64,000 bases of DNA, from assembly GCA_036012755.1 (NCBI GenBank), contig DASCPX010000027.1, forward strand, positions 1-64,000, given 5' to 3'. The first letter of the stretch is position 1; every line of letters begins with the position of its first letter. Source of the stretch: Myxococcota bacterium (GTDB taxonomy: Bacteria > Myxococcota_A > UBA796 > CAJQPC01). Under the pieces are notes generated by a model that was not told where the DNA came from, made no database searches, and was given only the letters and a program-made list of their open reading frames with translations. The translations under genes were made by a program, and so were the position numbers. Below are positions 8,159 to 17,790 of this stretch, one piece after another.

Positions 8159-9642
8159 TGCTCATCTCTCTGCTGCTGACAGCCAACGCCAGCGCCCTCC
8201 GATACGCGGAGGATCAGGCCCCTGGCATCGTGAACCCCCTGTTCTCGACGACGATGTCCGAGGCTCGAGTGAACGAGCTGTTGTTCGACAGCCTCTACAC
8301 CGACGACCCGGACCTCGCCGCGAAGGCGAACCTCGTGAGCATGTCCGAGCTCTCCGACGACATGTTCTCGCTCACGCTCAGGCTGCGCGACGACATCATC
8401 TGGCATGACGGGGAGCCGCTGATCGCCGACGACGTCGTCTTCACGATCGAGGCGATGAAGAACGGCGAGACCATGTCGACGGAGGCGGGCAGGGTCGAGT
8501 GGATCGAGCACGCAGAGGCCACCAGCGCCCAGACCGTGGTGCTGTACTTCGTCGATCCGGAACCACGTCCCGAAGAGAAGCTCTTCTTCAAGATCCTGCC
8601 CAAGCACCACTTCGAGGGCAGCGCAATCCACCGGACGCACAGCTTCCGAACCCGCCCGGTCGGCACCGGCCCCTACGCGCTCACCCGGTACAACGACGAC
8701 AACAGCATCACCTTCGAGGCCAACGAAGACTTCCGCGGCGAGGTCAGCATCCCCGAGCTCGTGATGCGCGAGGTCACCGACAAGAGCTACCAGGCCAAGC
8801 TCCTGATCTACGAGTCCCTCGAGGGACTGGTCCGGGTCCTGCCTCGGGACCTCGCTGTCCTGCAGAACAACCGCAAGGTCGAGCTCTACCCCTACCAGAC
8901 CAACAGCTGGTGGTACGTCGGCTTCAACCTCGAGCGCGCGCCCTTCGACGACGCTCGGGTCCGCCGGGCGCTGTCCCACTACGTGGACGTCGAGGCGTTG
9001 CTCGCCCCGATCGGCACCGGAGAGATCCTCTCGGGTCCCTTCGTGAAGTCGAGCCCCTTCTACAACCACGACACCCGCCCCTACGACTACGACGAGATGA
9101 GAGCCTCCGCCCTCCTCGAGGAAGCCGGCTTCAGCCAGTCGGATGGGACCTGGACCCGGGACGGTGAGCCGCTGCGCCTCACGATCACCGCCCACCAGAC
9201 CCTCGAGAGCGCCCAGGAGGTCGTCATCAACCTCCAGTCGCAGCTGCGCGGAGCCGGCGTCGAGGTGGACGTGGAGTTCCTCGACGAGGCTGCCTGGAAG
9301 GCGCGCATCTGGCGCGAGCGCGACTTCGAGCTGGTGCTCTCACAGTGGTCTTTCGACCGCAACGAGGACATCCGCGAGCAACTCCACTCCGACGGCGCTC
9401 GCAATTTCGGCACCTACGGGAACCCAGAGGTCGATGGGTTGCTGGAGGAAGCTCGCCTGGCTCGTGACCCCCACGTGAAGAAGACCGCGCTGCGCAAGGT
9501 CCACCGACTCGCCCACGACGACGCTCCGATGATCTACCTTTGGACGCTGGACAGCTATTCCGCGATCAGTACGCGGGTGTCCGACGTAGTCATCCACCCC
9601 TTCTATTTCTTCACCTGGATCGCGGACTGGCGAATGCGCTGA
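8158..9642 (+). CDS. ABC transporter substrate-binding protein, family 5 (peptide/nickel)
   Basis: LRLRDDIIWHDGEPLIADDVVFT, PVGTGPY, FNLERAPFDDARVRRAL, YGNPEVDGLL. Confidence 0.92.
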   Translation: MLISLLLTANASALRYAEDQAPGIVNPLFSTTMSEARVNELLFDSLYTDDPDLAAKANLVSMSELSDDMFSLTLRLRDDIIWHDGEPLIADDVVFTIEAMKNGETMSTEAGRVEWIEHAEATSAQTVVLYFVDPEPRPEEKLFFKILPKHHFEGSAIHRTHSFRTRPVGTGPYALTRYNDDNSITFEANEDFRGEVSIPELVMREVTDKSYQAKLLIYESLEGLVRVLPRDLAVLQNNRKVELYPYQTNSWWYVGFNLERAPFDDARVRRALSHYVDVEALLAPIGTGEILSGPFVKSSPFYNHDTRPYDYDEMRASALLEEAGFSQSDGTWTRDGEPLRLTITAHQTLESAQEVVINLQSQLRGAGVEVDVEFLDEAAWKARIWRERDFELVLSQWSFDRNEDIREQLHSDGARNFGTYGNPEVDGLLEEARLARDPHVKKTALRKVHRLAHDDAPMIYLWTLDSYSAISTRVSDVVIHPFYFFTWIADWRMR

Positions 9643-10574
9643 CTCCCCTGCTCGTCGCCATCGCGCGACGCGTGGGCGCCTTCGTCCTGACGCTCGCGGG
9701 CGCTGCGCTGCTCGTGCAGTGGTTGTTGTGGCTCGCCCCAGGCGACGCAGTGGATCTGCTGACCGCGGACCCGGAGCTCCGGGCGATGATGGTCGAGCGC
9801 TGGGGGCTGGATGAGCCGCCCCACATCCGCACCCTGGCCTTCATCGAGGGCGCGCTCACGGGGGACCTCGGCATCTCGCTGACCTACCGGCCTGGCGAGG
9901 AGGTCGCCGAGCTCGTCTGGCGAGCCGGGTTGACCTCGGCCCCGACCCTGCTGCTGAGCGTGCTGCTGGCAGTCTCCGTGGGCGTCACGCTGGCTTACCT
10001 CGGGCAGCGGTGGACCCTGTCCCGTCGCGCCGTCCAGGCTCTCAGCGTCGCCCCTGTCTTCCTCCTCGCCGCCACCGCCGTGGTGGGCATCAACGAGGCC
10101 ACCTTCGCGATGCTGGAGGCCGGCTGGATCGAACGTCCGGACTGGTTCGCCTTGCCGCTCGGGGACTCGATCCTGAAGTCCGCGCTCGCCGTCACGATGC
10201 TGGCCGTGGGCAGCTCGGCGCTGACCGAGGTCCACCAGTCCTGCGACGACGAGCTCAGGCGCATCCGGAAGAGCGGCTACGTCGACGCGGCGATGGCCCG
10301 CGGCGCCAGGCTGTGGCCACACGTCCTGTGGAACCTCGTGCCGCCGCTGACGACCATCACCGTGAGTCGAACCGCCTTCTTCGTCGGGGGTCTCGTGGTC
10401 ATCGAGAAGGTGCTCCAGCTCAACGGCGCAGGCGCGATGCTGTGGCAGGCCTGCAGGATGCGCGACTACCCGCTCGCGATCGGGCTGGTCGTCGCAGCGG
10501 CGGGCGTCGTCTGTGCATCACGGCTGCTCGGCGATGTCGTCCGCATCGGCGTGGACCCGAGGCTGCGGGCATGA
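9639..10574 (+). CDS. Peptide ABC transporter permease (DppB/OppB-like); start uncertain (CTG 9639 or GTG 9672)
   Basis: APGDAV...WGLDEP...GDLGISL, YVDAAMARGA, RDYPL...VDPRLR. Confidence 0.88.
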   Translation: MTPLLVAIARRVGAFVLTLAGAALLVQWLLWLAPGDAVDLLTADPELRAMMVERWGLDEPPHIRTLAFIEGALTGDLGISLTYRPGEEVAELVWRAGLTSAPTLLLSVLLAVSVGVTLAYLGQRWTLSRRAVQALSVAPVFLLAATAVVGINEATFAMLEAGWIERPDWFALPLGDSILKSALAVTMLAVGSSALTEVHQSCDDELRRIRKSGYVDAAMARGARLWPHVLWNLVPPLTTITVSRTAFFVGGLVVIEKVLQLNGAGAMLWQACRMRDYPLAIGLVVAAAGVVCASRLLGDVVRIGVDPRLRA

Positions 10575-11392
10575 GCCTGCGCCTGTCCGCGTTGTCCGGC
10601 GCCGCGGTGCTCGTCGCCGTCACGCTCCTGTGGGGGGTGAGCCTCGTCAGCGGCTACGACGTCACCACCGACGTCGACGTCCACCGGGCCTCTGTCGGTC
10701 CCACGGCCGAGTTCTGGCTCGGCACCGACCACCTCGGCAGAGACGTGGCCTGGCGACTGCTCAAGGCGACGGAGGCCTTCATGGGGCCGGCGTTGTTGGC
10801 GCTGGTCATCGCCATGGGCTTCGGTGTCGTCGGAGGCGCCCTCGCCGGCTGGCTCGGCGGAGCGCCCCGCTGGCTGATCCGCTACGGCTTCACGGTGATC
10901 GAGGCCCTGCCGCGCTTCGTGCTCGTCCTGCTCGCCTGCGCCATCTATGGCAGCGAGGTCTGGATCATCGGCGTCGCCGCGGGCGTCGCCTACGCACCGA
11001 CCCTGGGCGAGGCGGTGTTCACCCGCATCGAGTCCTTCCGGCGCGCCGAGTTCGTCCTCGCGGCCGAGGCCCACGGCGTCCACCCGATGTGGGTGCTCGC
11101 GTACCACCTGATCTGGGTGAACTGTGGGCGCCTGGTGGCACGGCACGGGCTGCAGCTCTTCGCGTACTTCCTCCTCCTCGAGACCACCCTGTCGTACATC
11201 GGCGGCCTTGATGGAGCGGGCTCCTTCGGCGTGCCCCAGCCCGATCCGAGCTGGGGCAACATGATCGCCTTCGAGTGGCGGGAGCCCGGCGCCAATCCGT
11301 GGGCGAGCTGGGCACCCGGGCTCGCGATCTGGGGGGTGATGATGAGTGCGGTGCTGGTCGCCGAGGGCCTGGTGGGGGCCGGAGATGGCTGA
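10571..11392 (+). CDS. Peptide ABC transporter permease (DppC/OppC-like)
   Basis: FWLGTDHLGRDV, EFVLAAEAHG, LETTLSYIG, PSWGNMI. ATGA overlap. Confidence 0.9.
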   Translation: MSLRLSALSGAAVLVAVTLLWGVSLVSGYDVTTDVDVHRASVGPTAEFWLGTDHLGRDVAWRLLKATEAFMGPALLALVIAMGFGVVGGALAGWLGGAPRWLIRYGFTVIEALPRFVLVLLACAIYGSEVWIIGVAAGVAYAPTLGEAVFTRIESFRRAEFVLAAEAHGVHPMWVLAYHLIWVNCGRLVARHGLQLFAYFLLLETTLSYIGGLDGAGSFGVPQPDPSWGNMIAFEWREPGANPWASWAPGLAIWGVMMSAVLVAEGLVGAGDG

Positions 11393-12167
11393 CGTCCTGC
11401 TCCTCGACGATCTCCACATCGAGGCCGACCTGCCAGGCGGCGGTCGCCGGACCCTCGTCGATGGTGTCGGCCTGCGCCTCGACTCAGGCCGCATCACCGT
11501 GCTCGTGGGGGCTTCCGGCAGCGGCAAGACGCTGACGGCCCGCGCCCTGCTAGGAATGGTCCAGGTGAAGCCCGGCGTGATCCGCGGCACCCTCGAACTC
11601 GCCGTCGATGGAGTCGTCCACCGCCCATTCAAGACCGGCTTCGAGGGTCTGCGCGGAGCTGTGATCGGCTACCTCGCCCAGGACGCGCGCGGCTCGCTGG
11701 ACCCGCTGTGGCCCATTCGGCGCCAGGTAGTGGAGGCCTTGCGCCTCGCCGGACGCGACGAGGACGCGCTGCCATGGCTGAGCAAGGTCGGGCTCCCAGA
11801 GCCCCAGCGGGTGGCTGGCTTGTTCGCACACGAGCTCTCCGGGGGCATGGCCCAGCGCGTCGCCATCGCGCTCGCCCTGGCGCGCGGGAGCCGCTTTCTG
11901 GTGGTAGACGAGCCGACCACCGGCCTCGACCCGAGGATCCAGGAGGGTATCCTCGACGGGTTGCTCGAGCTGAAGGCGGAAGGGGTCGGCGTCCTGTTCA
12001 TCACCCACGACTTGCGCCTCGTGCCACACCTCGGGGACCAGCTGCTCGTCATGCACGCCGGTCGCGTGGTCGAGGACCTCCCGACCTCCCAGCTGTCGCG
12101 CCTCGAAGCGCCGGAGGCGCTGGCCCTCTGGAAGGCCACCGCTCGCATCTCTGGGGGTGCCTTGTGA
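11385..12167 (+). CDS. Peptide ABC transporter ATP-binding protein (DppD-like)
   Basis: Walker A GASGSGKT, signature LSGGMAQRV, VVDEPTTGLD, ITHDL. Confidence 0.92.
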   Translation: MADVLLLDDLHIEADLPGGGRRTLVDGVGLRLDSGRITVLVGASGSGKTLTARALLGMVQVKPGVIRGTLELAVDGVVHRPFKTGFEGLRGAVIGYLAQDARGSLDPLWPIRRQVVEALRLAGRDEDALPWLSKVGLPEPQRVAGLFAHELSGGMAQRVAIALALARGSRFLVVDEPTTGLDPRIQEGILDGLLELKAEGVGVLFITHDLRLVPHLGDQLLVMHAGRVVEDLPTSQLSRLEAPEALALWKATARISGGAL

Positions 12168-12934
12168 GCGCCCTGTCCGTGCGTGGACTGGTCAAGCGCT
12201 ACCGGGCCGGCTGGGGGCGCTTGCCCATGACCGCGGTCGACGGCGTCGATCTGTCCGTCGACTTCGGCGAGGTCGTCGGCCTCATCGGCGAGTCGGGCTC
12301 GGGCAAGACGACGCTGGTCCGCGCCGCCCTCGGCCTGCTGCGCTTCGACGCTGGCTCCGTCGAGATCCTCGGCGAGGATCTCTCGAGGCTGTCGAGCACC
12401 CAGCGGCGCGCGATGAGACGGGACGTCCAGCTCATCTTCCAGGACCCGGACAGCATGCTCAACCCGGGGCTGAGCGTGCGGCAGCACCTGCGTGAGAGCG
12501 CCCAGCTCCATCGCCCCGACGCCTCCGCCGCGGACCTCATCGCTCGGGTCATCCGACAGGTCGGCCTCGAGCACCGGGTCGACGCCCTCCCGGCCGCCCT
12601 GTCCGGGGGGGAGAAGCGGCGGGTCGGCCTCGCCCGGGTGCTGATCGCGGATCCGCGCCTCATCGTCGCCGACGAGCCCACGGCAGGCCTCGACGCGGCG
12701 TTGAAGGCAGATCTGATCGATCTCATCCTTGCCTCGCGCGGGCCGGACACCGCGACGCTCCTGGTCAGCCACGACCTGCCGCTGATGGCCTACGCCTGCA
12801 CCCGCCTCGCCGTCATGCTGGAGGGGCGCATCGTCGAGGAGTTCAGCGTCGCCCAGCTCGGCGAGGCCGAGCACCACCCCTACACCAAGGCGCTCTTGTC
12901 GAGCGCTGGAATGCTCGCCCTGGAGAGCGCGTGA
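12164..12934 (+). CDS. Peptide ABC transporter ATP-binding protein (DppF-like)
   Basis: GESGSGKT, IFQDP, LSGGEKRR, ADEPTAGLD, HHPYTKALL. GTGA overlap. Confidence 0.92.
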   Translation: MSALSVRGLVKRYRAGWGRLPMTAVDGVDLSVDFGEVVGLIGESGSGKTTLVRAALGLLRFDAGSVEILGEDLSRLSSTQRRAMRRDVQLIFQDPDSMLNPGLSVRQHLRESAQLHRPDASAADLIARVIRQVGLEHRVDALPAALSGGEKRRVGLARVLIADPRLIVADEPTAGLDAALKADLIDLILASRGPDTATLLVSHDLPLMAYACTRLAVMLEGRIVEEFSVAQLGEAEHHPYTKALLSSAGMLALESA

Positions 12935-14127
12935 CGGGGTGGCTCCTCCTGTGCTGGCTCGGCGTGGCGCAGGCCCAGGACGCCGAGCACCACATCGAGA
13001 TGGCCCGACTGTTCGTGAAGAAGCAGTGGTACGCCGACGCGGAGGCCGAGTTGGACAACGCGGTCCGCCTCGACGACGGACGGGACTCCTACGAAGCCTG
13101 GTGGCTCCTGGCCCAGGTGCGCTACGAGCTCCTCGACGCCGAGGGGGCGGGCGAGGCCGCGCGGACGGCGGCCGAGCTGACGCGGGACCCGGACGAGGCC
13201 CTCCAGGCCCAGCAGCTCGCCGAGTGGATCCACGGGACCTTCGGCGTCGTGATCATCGAAGCGCCCTACGAGGCGATGGCCTCGCGAATGCAGCTCGAAC
13301 GGGCCTCCCTGCTCATGGACCCGGACCTCAAGCGCTTCGTCGACCAGCTGGCCCTGGGCTGGACGAAGCCCCAACCACTGCCGATACGCGTGGCTCTCCC
13401 TGCCGGTGAGTACCTCGTGCAGGGCTACCCGGTCTCGGTTCAGCCCGGACTCCAGGAGACGGTGCTGGATCTGCCGATGTCCGCCCTCGGCGAGAGCGGC
13501 TTCGCCGCGCTCCAGGTCACTCGCGCCGAAGTCGGCATGGGTGTCGGCCTCTATGTCGGCGAACGGACGGGCGGACTCGGCCCCTCGCTCGAGATGCAGC
13601 TCGGCGTCACGCAGCCGGTGAAGGGCATGCTGGCGGGCGTCGTCGTCGACTACAGCGTCCGCAGCTACCCGGTGGAGGGCTTCGGCCAGGTGCGGCATCC
13701 CGCCGCGTGGACCCTCGGCGCGCGCCTGGGAAAGGAGCTGATGGTCAGCGGCCCCCTCGCCCTACGCCCGATGCTCGGGTACCGCTACGGCTACCTGCCC
13801 GGCATCCCCTTCGAGTGCCTCGAAGGCGCCACGGTGAACTGCACGCCGCCCGGAACGCTGGCGCAGGAGCCCGACGTGCTGGTCTACGCGGTCGGCCGCG
13901 CCCACATTCCCTTCGTCGAGCTGTCGGTCGACTGGCGCCGAGCCGGACGGACGACCGCGACGGGGCTGGGGGTTCGACTGGTCGTCGACCATGCCTTCGG
14001 TGTCGTGAAGAGCCCGACAACAGCGGAGATCAAGGGCAGCGAGGGCACGATCGAATACACCACGAACGAGCCTCGCTGGAGCACCACCGGATTCCGCATG
14101 ATGGCGAACTTCTCTCACGCGTTCTGA
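12931..14127 (+). CDS. Secreted protein with N-terminal TPR and C-terminal beta-barrel-like region
   Basis: Signal MTGWLLLCWLGVAQA, TPR-like helices, alternating beta-strands ending in the aromatic terminus FSHAF. Confidence 0.7.
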   Translation: MTGWLLLCWLGVAQAQDAEHHIEMARLFVKKQWYADAEAELDNAVRLDDGRDSYEAWWLLAQVRYELLDAEGAGEAARTAAELTRDPDEALQAQQLAEWIHGTFGVVIIEAPYEAMASRMQLERASLLMDPDLKRFVDQLALGWTKPQPLPIRVALPAGEYLVQGYPVSVQPGLQETVLDLPMSALGESGFAALQVTRAEVGMGVGLYVGERTGGLGPSLEMQLGVTQPVKGMLAGVVVDYSVRSYPVEGFGQVRHPAAWTLGARLGKELMVSGPLALRPMLGYRYGYLPGIPFECLEGATVNCTPPGTLAQEPDVLVYAVGRAHIPFVELSVDWRRAGRTTATGLGVRLVVDHAFGVVKSPTTAEIKGSEGTIEYTTNEPRWSTTGFRMMANFSHAF

Positions 14128-15200
14128 TGCTGATCACCCTGTTCTCCGCGGCGCTGGTCGCCCTCGCTCCTCCGGTCCTCGCCGGAGGCGCCCAGCCGGT
14201 CACGCCCGACTTCGAGGGCAACTGCCAGTCCCCCCAGTGGAACCGCGACGGGAGCCAGCTCGCGTACGAGGTGAACTTCCACGACAAGAAGGTGATCGAG
14301 ACCTGGATCTTCACGCCGGGCCAGGGCGAGCGGCGAGTCGCTCCCTCTGCGCGGGGCGCCAGCGCCGTCACGGAGGGCTTCCAGAAGTCCGAGAGCGGCA
14401 TGGTCGTCCACGAGCTCACCTGGGGACCAGAGGACTACTTCATCTACTCGGCCTCTGGTGCCGACCAGCGCTATGACCTGTACCTGAGCTCCGGGAGCAG
14501 CATCGCGCCGAGCTCCTCGGCCGACGGTGGCCCCGCTTGGAGTCCGGACGGCAAGTGGATCGCCTTCACCTCGGCCCGCAGCGGCCAAGGCGACGTCTAC
14601 CTGCTGTCGGCCGCGCACCTGGAGCTGGAGCCGCAGCGAATCAGCTCGGACCCGACGGCTAGCGAGCTCTACATCTCGTGGTCGGCGGACTCGACGAAGC
14701 TCGCCTGGGTCGGACACACGAAGCAGGGCGACACGATCCACCTCGTGGACGAGCTCATCGGCCCGAAGGCCCGCACGATCGCGGCGCTGGGAAACACCCA
14801 GACCCGTCCCGCGTTCTCCCCGGATGGGGAGCGCATCGCCTTCTACAGCAACCACTCGAAGAAGGAGCGCTTCGACCTCTACGTGCTCGACCTCTCCGTC
14901 GGCACGCCGGAGCTGCTCGCCGAGAGCGTCGTCATGAACATCGGAGGCCCCCAGTGGGGCCCGGATGGGCGGGGCATCGTCTACGTCAAGGACGACGACG
15001 ACCGCTTCGACCCCGTGTTCTATGCCCCGGTCAACGGCGATGACCACTCGCTGCTGGACACACGCACGGTCGGAAACGGTGACCACGACATCGTCGTCGG
15101 AACGGACGGGCGGGCCTACCTGGCGATCGCGGCTCAGGGCCGGGTCGAGGACCAGGTTCGCGACTTCAAGCGCATCTACGTGCTCCCCCTCGATCTCTGA
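14127..15200 (+). CDS. TolB-like beta-propeller (PD40 repeats)
   Basis: Repeats PQWNRDGSQLAY, PAWSPDGKWIAF, PAFSPDGERIAF, PQWGPDGRGIVY. TGATG overlap. Confidence 0.85.
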   Translation: MLITLFSAALVALAPPVLAGGAQPVTPDFEGNCQSPQWNRDGSQLAYEVNFHDKKVIETWIFTPGQGERRVAPSARGASAVTEGFQKSESGMVVHELTWGPEDYFIYSASGADQRYDLYLSSGSSIAPSSSADGGPAWSPDGKWIAFTSARSGQGDVYLLSAAHLELEPQRISSDPTASELYISWSADSTKLAWVGHTKQGDTIHLVDELIGPKARTIAALGNTQTRPAFSPDGERIAFYSNHSKKERFDLYVLDLSVGTPELLAESVVMNIGGPQWGPDGRGIVYVKDDDDRFDPVFYAPVNGDDHSLLDTRTVGNGDHDIVVGTDGRAYLAIAAQGRVEDQVRDFKRIYVLPLDL

Positions 15201-15206
15201 GGCCGG

Positions 15207-16943
15207 TCAGGCCGCCAGCTGACGCTCCACGAGTCGGCGGTAGAGGCCGTCGATGGCCATGAGTTCGGTGTGGGTGCCCGCCTGCACGATGGAGCCGCCA
15301 TCGAGCACGCAGACCCGGTCTGCTTCCTTGACCGTGCTGAGGCGATGGGCGATGACCAACGTGGTCCGGCCGAGCATCAGCCGGTCGAGGGCCTCCTGCA
15401 CGAGGTGCTCCGACTCCGCATCCAGCGCGGAGGTGGCCTCGTCCAGCACGAGGATGCGCGGGTCCTTGAGCAGCGCTCGCGCGATCGCGACCCGTTGCTT
15501 CTGGCCGCCCGAGAGCTTCACTCCGCGCTCTCCGACCAGCGTCTCGTAGCCCTCTGGGAAGCCGACGATGAAGTCATGGGCATTCGCCGCCGTCGCCGCG
15601 GTCTCGATCTGCTCCTGGGTCGCCCCGGGCAGCCCGTAGCGGATGTTCTCCTCGATCGAGGTGGCGAACAGGATGGGCTCCTGGGACACCACGCCCACCT
15701 GGCGCCGAAGCCAGTCCGCGTCGAGGTCCGAGTAGTCCCGCTCGTCGAGGGTCACGACTCCGGCGTCCGGGTCGTAGAAGCGGGACATCAAGGCGGCGAC
15801 GGTCGACTTTCCGCTCCCACTCGGGCCGACCAGCGCGACCACCTCGCCCGGCGTGAGCTGGATGTCGAAGCCGGTGAGCACGGGGAGGTCCGTCCTCGAC
15901 GGGTAGGCGAAGTCCACGCCTTCGAAGGACACGCGCCCCTCGAGGGTCTCGACGCTCGCGCCGCCGCTGCCGCCGACCGAGGTCTCCCGGTCGAGCAGCT
16001 CGAAGACGCGCTCCGAGGCGCCGAGCGCCTTCATGAAGTCCTCGTAGAGCCCCGAGAGAGCGCCGATCGACATGGCCACCGTCAGGGTGTACAGCAGGTA
16101 GCTGGTGAGCTCGCCGATGGTCATCATTCCGTCGACCAGGAGGTGGCCGCCGTACCACAGCACCAGCCCGATGGCGGCGTAGCCGGCGAAGCCCACGAGC
16201 CATCGGAAGAGCCCGATGACCACGGCGCGACGTCGAGCCAGCTCGAAGCTCTCGTCGACGGCGCGTCCATAGCGCGCCGCCTCCGAGGCTTCGCGGGCGA
16301 AGGCGCGCACGGTGCGGATGCCGCTGATGGTCTCCTCGGCGACCTCTGTCGCGCGGGCCAGCGCGTCCTGCACGTCCCGACTGATCCGGCGCAGCCGCCG
16401 CCCGAACAAGGCCCCACCGATGGCGACCACCGGCACGATGGCCAGGGTCAGCAAGGTCAGGCGCCAGCTCGTGTAGAAGAGGAAGCCGATGGCGCCCAGG
16501 CCCATGATGACGAAGCGGAACAGCATGCTCACGTTCACTGTGACGGTGTTCTGGAGCACGGTGGTGTCGGCCGCTAGCCGGTTGGTCAGCTCCCCGGTGC
16601 GGCGCTCGTCGAAGAAGGCGATCTCCTGGCCGATGATGCTGGTGTAGAGCCTCTCGCGGAGCCGCGCGACGACGCGCTCCCCCGCCACGGTGAAGACCCA
16701 GGCTCGCAGCGCGCCAAAGGCGGATCCGACGGCGAAGAGGATGAACAGCAGGATGGTCGCGTCGTTGACGAGCTCGCCCCCGCCGCCGTCGACGACGCCA
16801 TCCACGATGTGCTGCACGACCACGGGGTACGAAAGCGTGATCGCGCTCGAGATGGCCAGGGCCACCGTCCCGACGACGAGGCTGCTCACTTCCGGTCGAG
16901 CGAGGTTCCACAGCCGGTTCAGATCACGTTTTGTTGTGGACAT
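15207..16943 (-). CDS. ABC half-transporter exporter, TMD+NBD (MsbA/Mdl1/ABCB10-like)
   Basis: FFDERRTGELTNRL, GPSGSGKST, LSGGQKQRVAIARA, LDEATSALD, IAHRLST. Confidence 0.93.
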   Translation of the reverse strand: MSTTKRDLNRLWNLARPEVSSLVVGTVALAISSAITLSYPVVVQHIVDGVVDGGGGELVNDATILLFILFAVGSAFGALRAWVFTVAGERVVARLRERLYTSIIGQEIAFFDERRTGELTNRLAADTTVLQNTVTVNVSMLFRFVIMGLGAIGFLFYTSWRLTLLTLAIVPVVAIGGALFGRRLRRISRDVQDALARATEVAEETISGIRTVRAFAREASEAARYGRAVDESFELARRRAVVIGLFRWLVGFAGYAAIGLVLWYGGHLLVDGMMTIGELTSYLLYTLTVAMSIGALSGLYEDFMKALGASERVFELLDRETSVGGSGGASVETLEGRVSFEGVDFAYPSRTDLPVLTGFDIQLTPGEVVALVGPSGSGKSTVAALMSRFYDPDAGVVTLDERDYSDLDADWLRRQVGVVSQEPILFATSIEENIRYGLPGATQEQIETAATAANAHDFIVGFPEGYETLVGERGVKLSGGQKQRVAIARALLKDPRILVLDEATSALDAESEHLVQEALDRLMLGRTTLVIAHRLSTVKEADRVCVLDGGSIVQAGTHTELMAIDGLYRRLVERQLAA

Positions 16944-17024
16944 GCACCGACATGTTGGCGCACACACCCACTTCGTCAAGGGCGCATCCTACCGATCGGT
17001 AAAGAAGCCGAGCCAGCCCCCCTT

Positions 17025-17777
17025 CTAGGAAACCGGGTACGTGCAGACCTCGTCGAGGCTGTCTCGGCCGAGGATGCGGCGGCCATCACCGTCGACGTAG
17101 ATGGCCTCTTCGTAGCTCGCCCCGATGCCGTCGCTGGACAACAGTGGGCGGTAGGCCCACATGCCGCGGATGCGATTCGGGTTGAGGAAGTGGACCTGGT
17201 GCCGGCGGAACCACGTCGCGCCATGGGCAAAGCGAGGGAAGTTCACGCTTATGAGCCCTTCGCTGGGCAACAGCGCGTGCCCGATGCTGCGCTCACTCGC
17301 GAGGGTCACGCGGTGGTTGGCGGCCCAGGCCCTGGCGTACACGTAGATCTCACCGACCGTCTTCATCGGGGAGCTGAAAGCCACGCAGGCCTTCACGCAC
17401 TCCCGCGCGATCGCGAGCGCCTTGGGCTCGGGCATGGCTGCCCCCGCGTCGCCGAGCACGACGGTCGTTGCGATGTCGCCGAAGGCGTCCTTGGTAGCCG
17501 GACCGATGTCGATGGTCGTGACGTCCCCGGCTTTCAGGCGCACCGAGTCGCTGGCGCGGACCCAGATCCTGCTCTCGGCCGTGCGGGCGCCGAAGCTGAC
17601 CTCCGGTGGGTGGAACCAGCCCGTGAAGCCGGCGCTCCGGGCCTCGTCACGACAGAGGGCCTCGACGTCGACCTCGGACATTCCGACCTGCAGGCCCTGG
17701 AGGATGCGGCCGAGTACGGAGATGGCGCGGCGCTGATGGCTGTCGAAGGCCTCGATGACGGCGGGATCGGTGCTCAC
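17025..17777 (-). CDS. M24 (pita-bread fold) metallopeptidase-like protein
   Basis: GDVTTIDIG...GDIATT, IGHAL, YEEAIYV. Confidence 0.75.
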   Translation of the reverse strand: MSTDPAVIEAFDSHQRRAISVLGRILQGLQVGMSEVDVEALCRDEARSAGFTGWFHPPEVSFGARTAESRIWVRASDSVRLKAGDVTTIDIGPATKDAFGDIATTVVLGDAGAAMPEPKALAIARECVKACVAFSSPMKTVGEIYVYARAWAANHRVTLASERSIGHALLPSEGLISVNFPRFAHGATWFRRHQVHFLNPNRIRGMWAYRPLLSSDGIGASYEEAIYVDGDGRRILGRDSLDEVCTYPVS

Positions 17778-17790
17778 GGCTGCATTCCTA

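Noticed and set aside
3469..9195. Long antisense ORFs 3469..5763 and 7090..9195
   Set aside because: Shadow ORFs opposite well-supported genes, expected with high GC3, and with no motifs.
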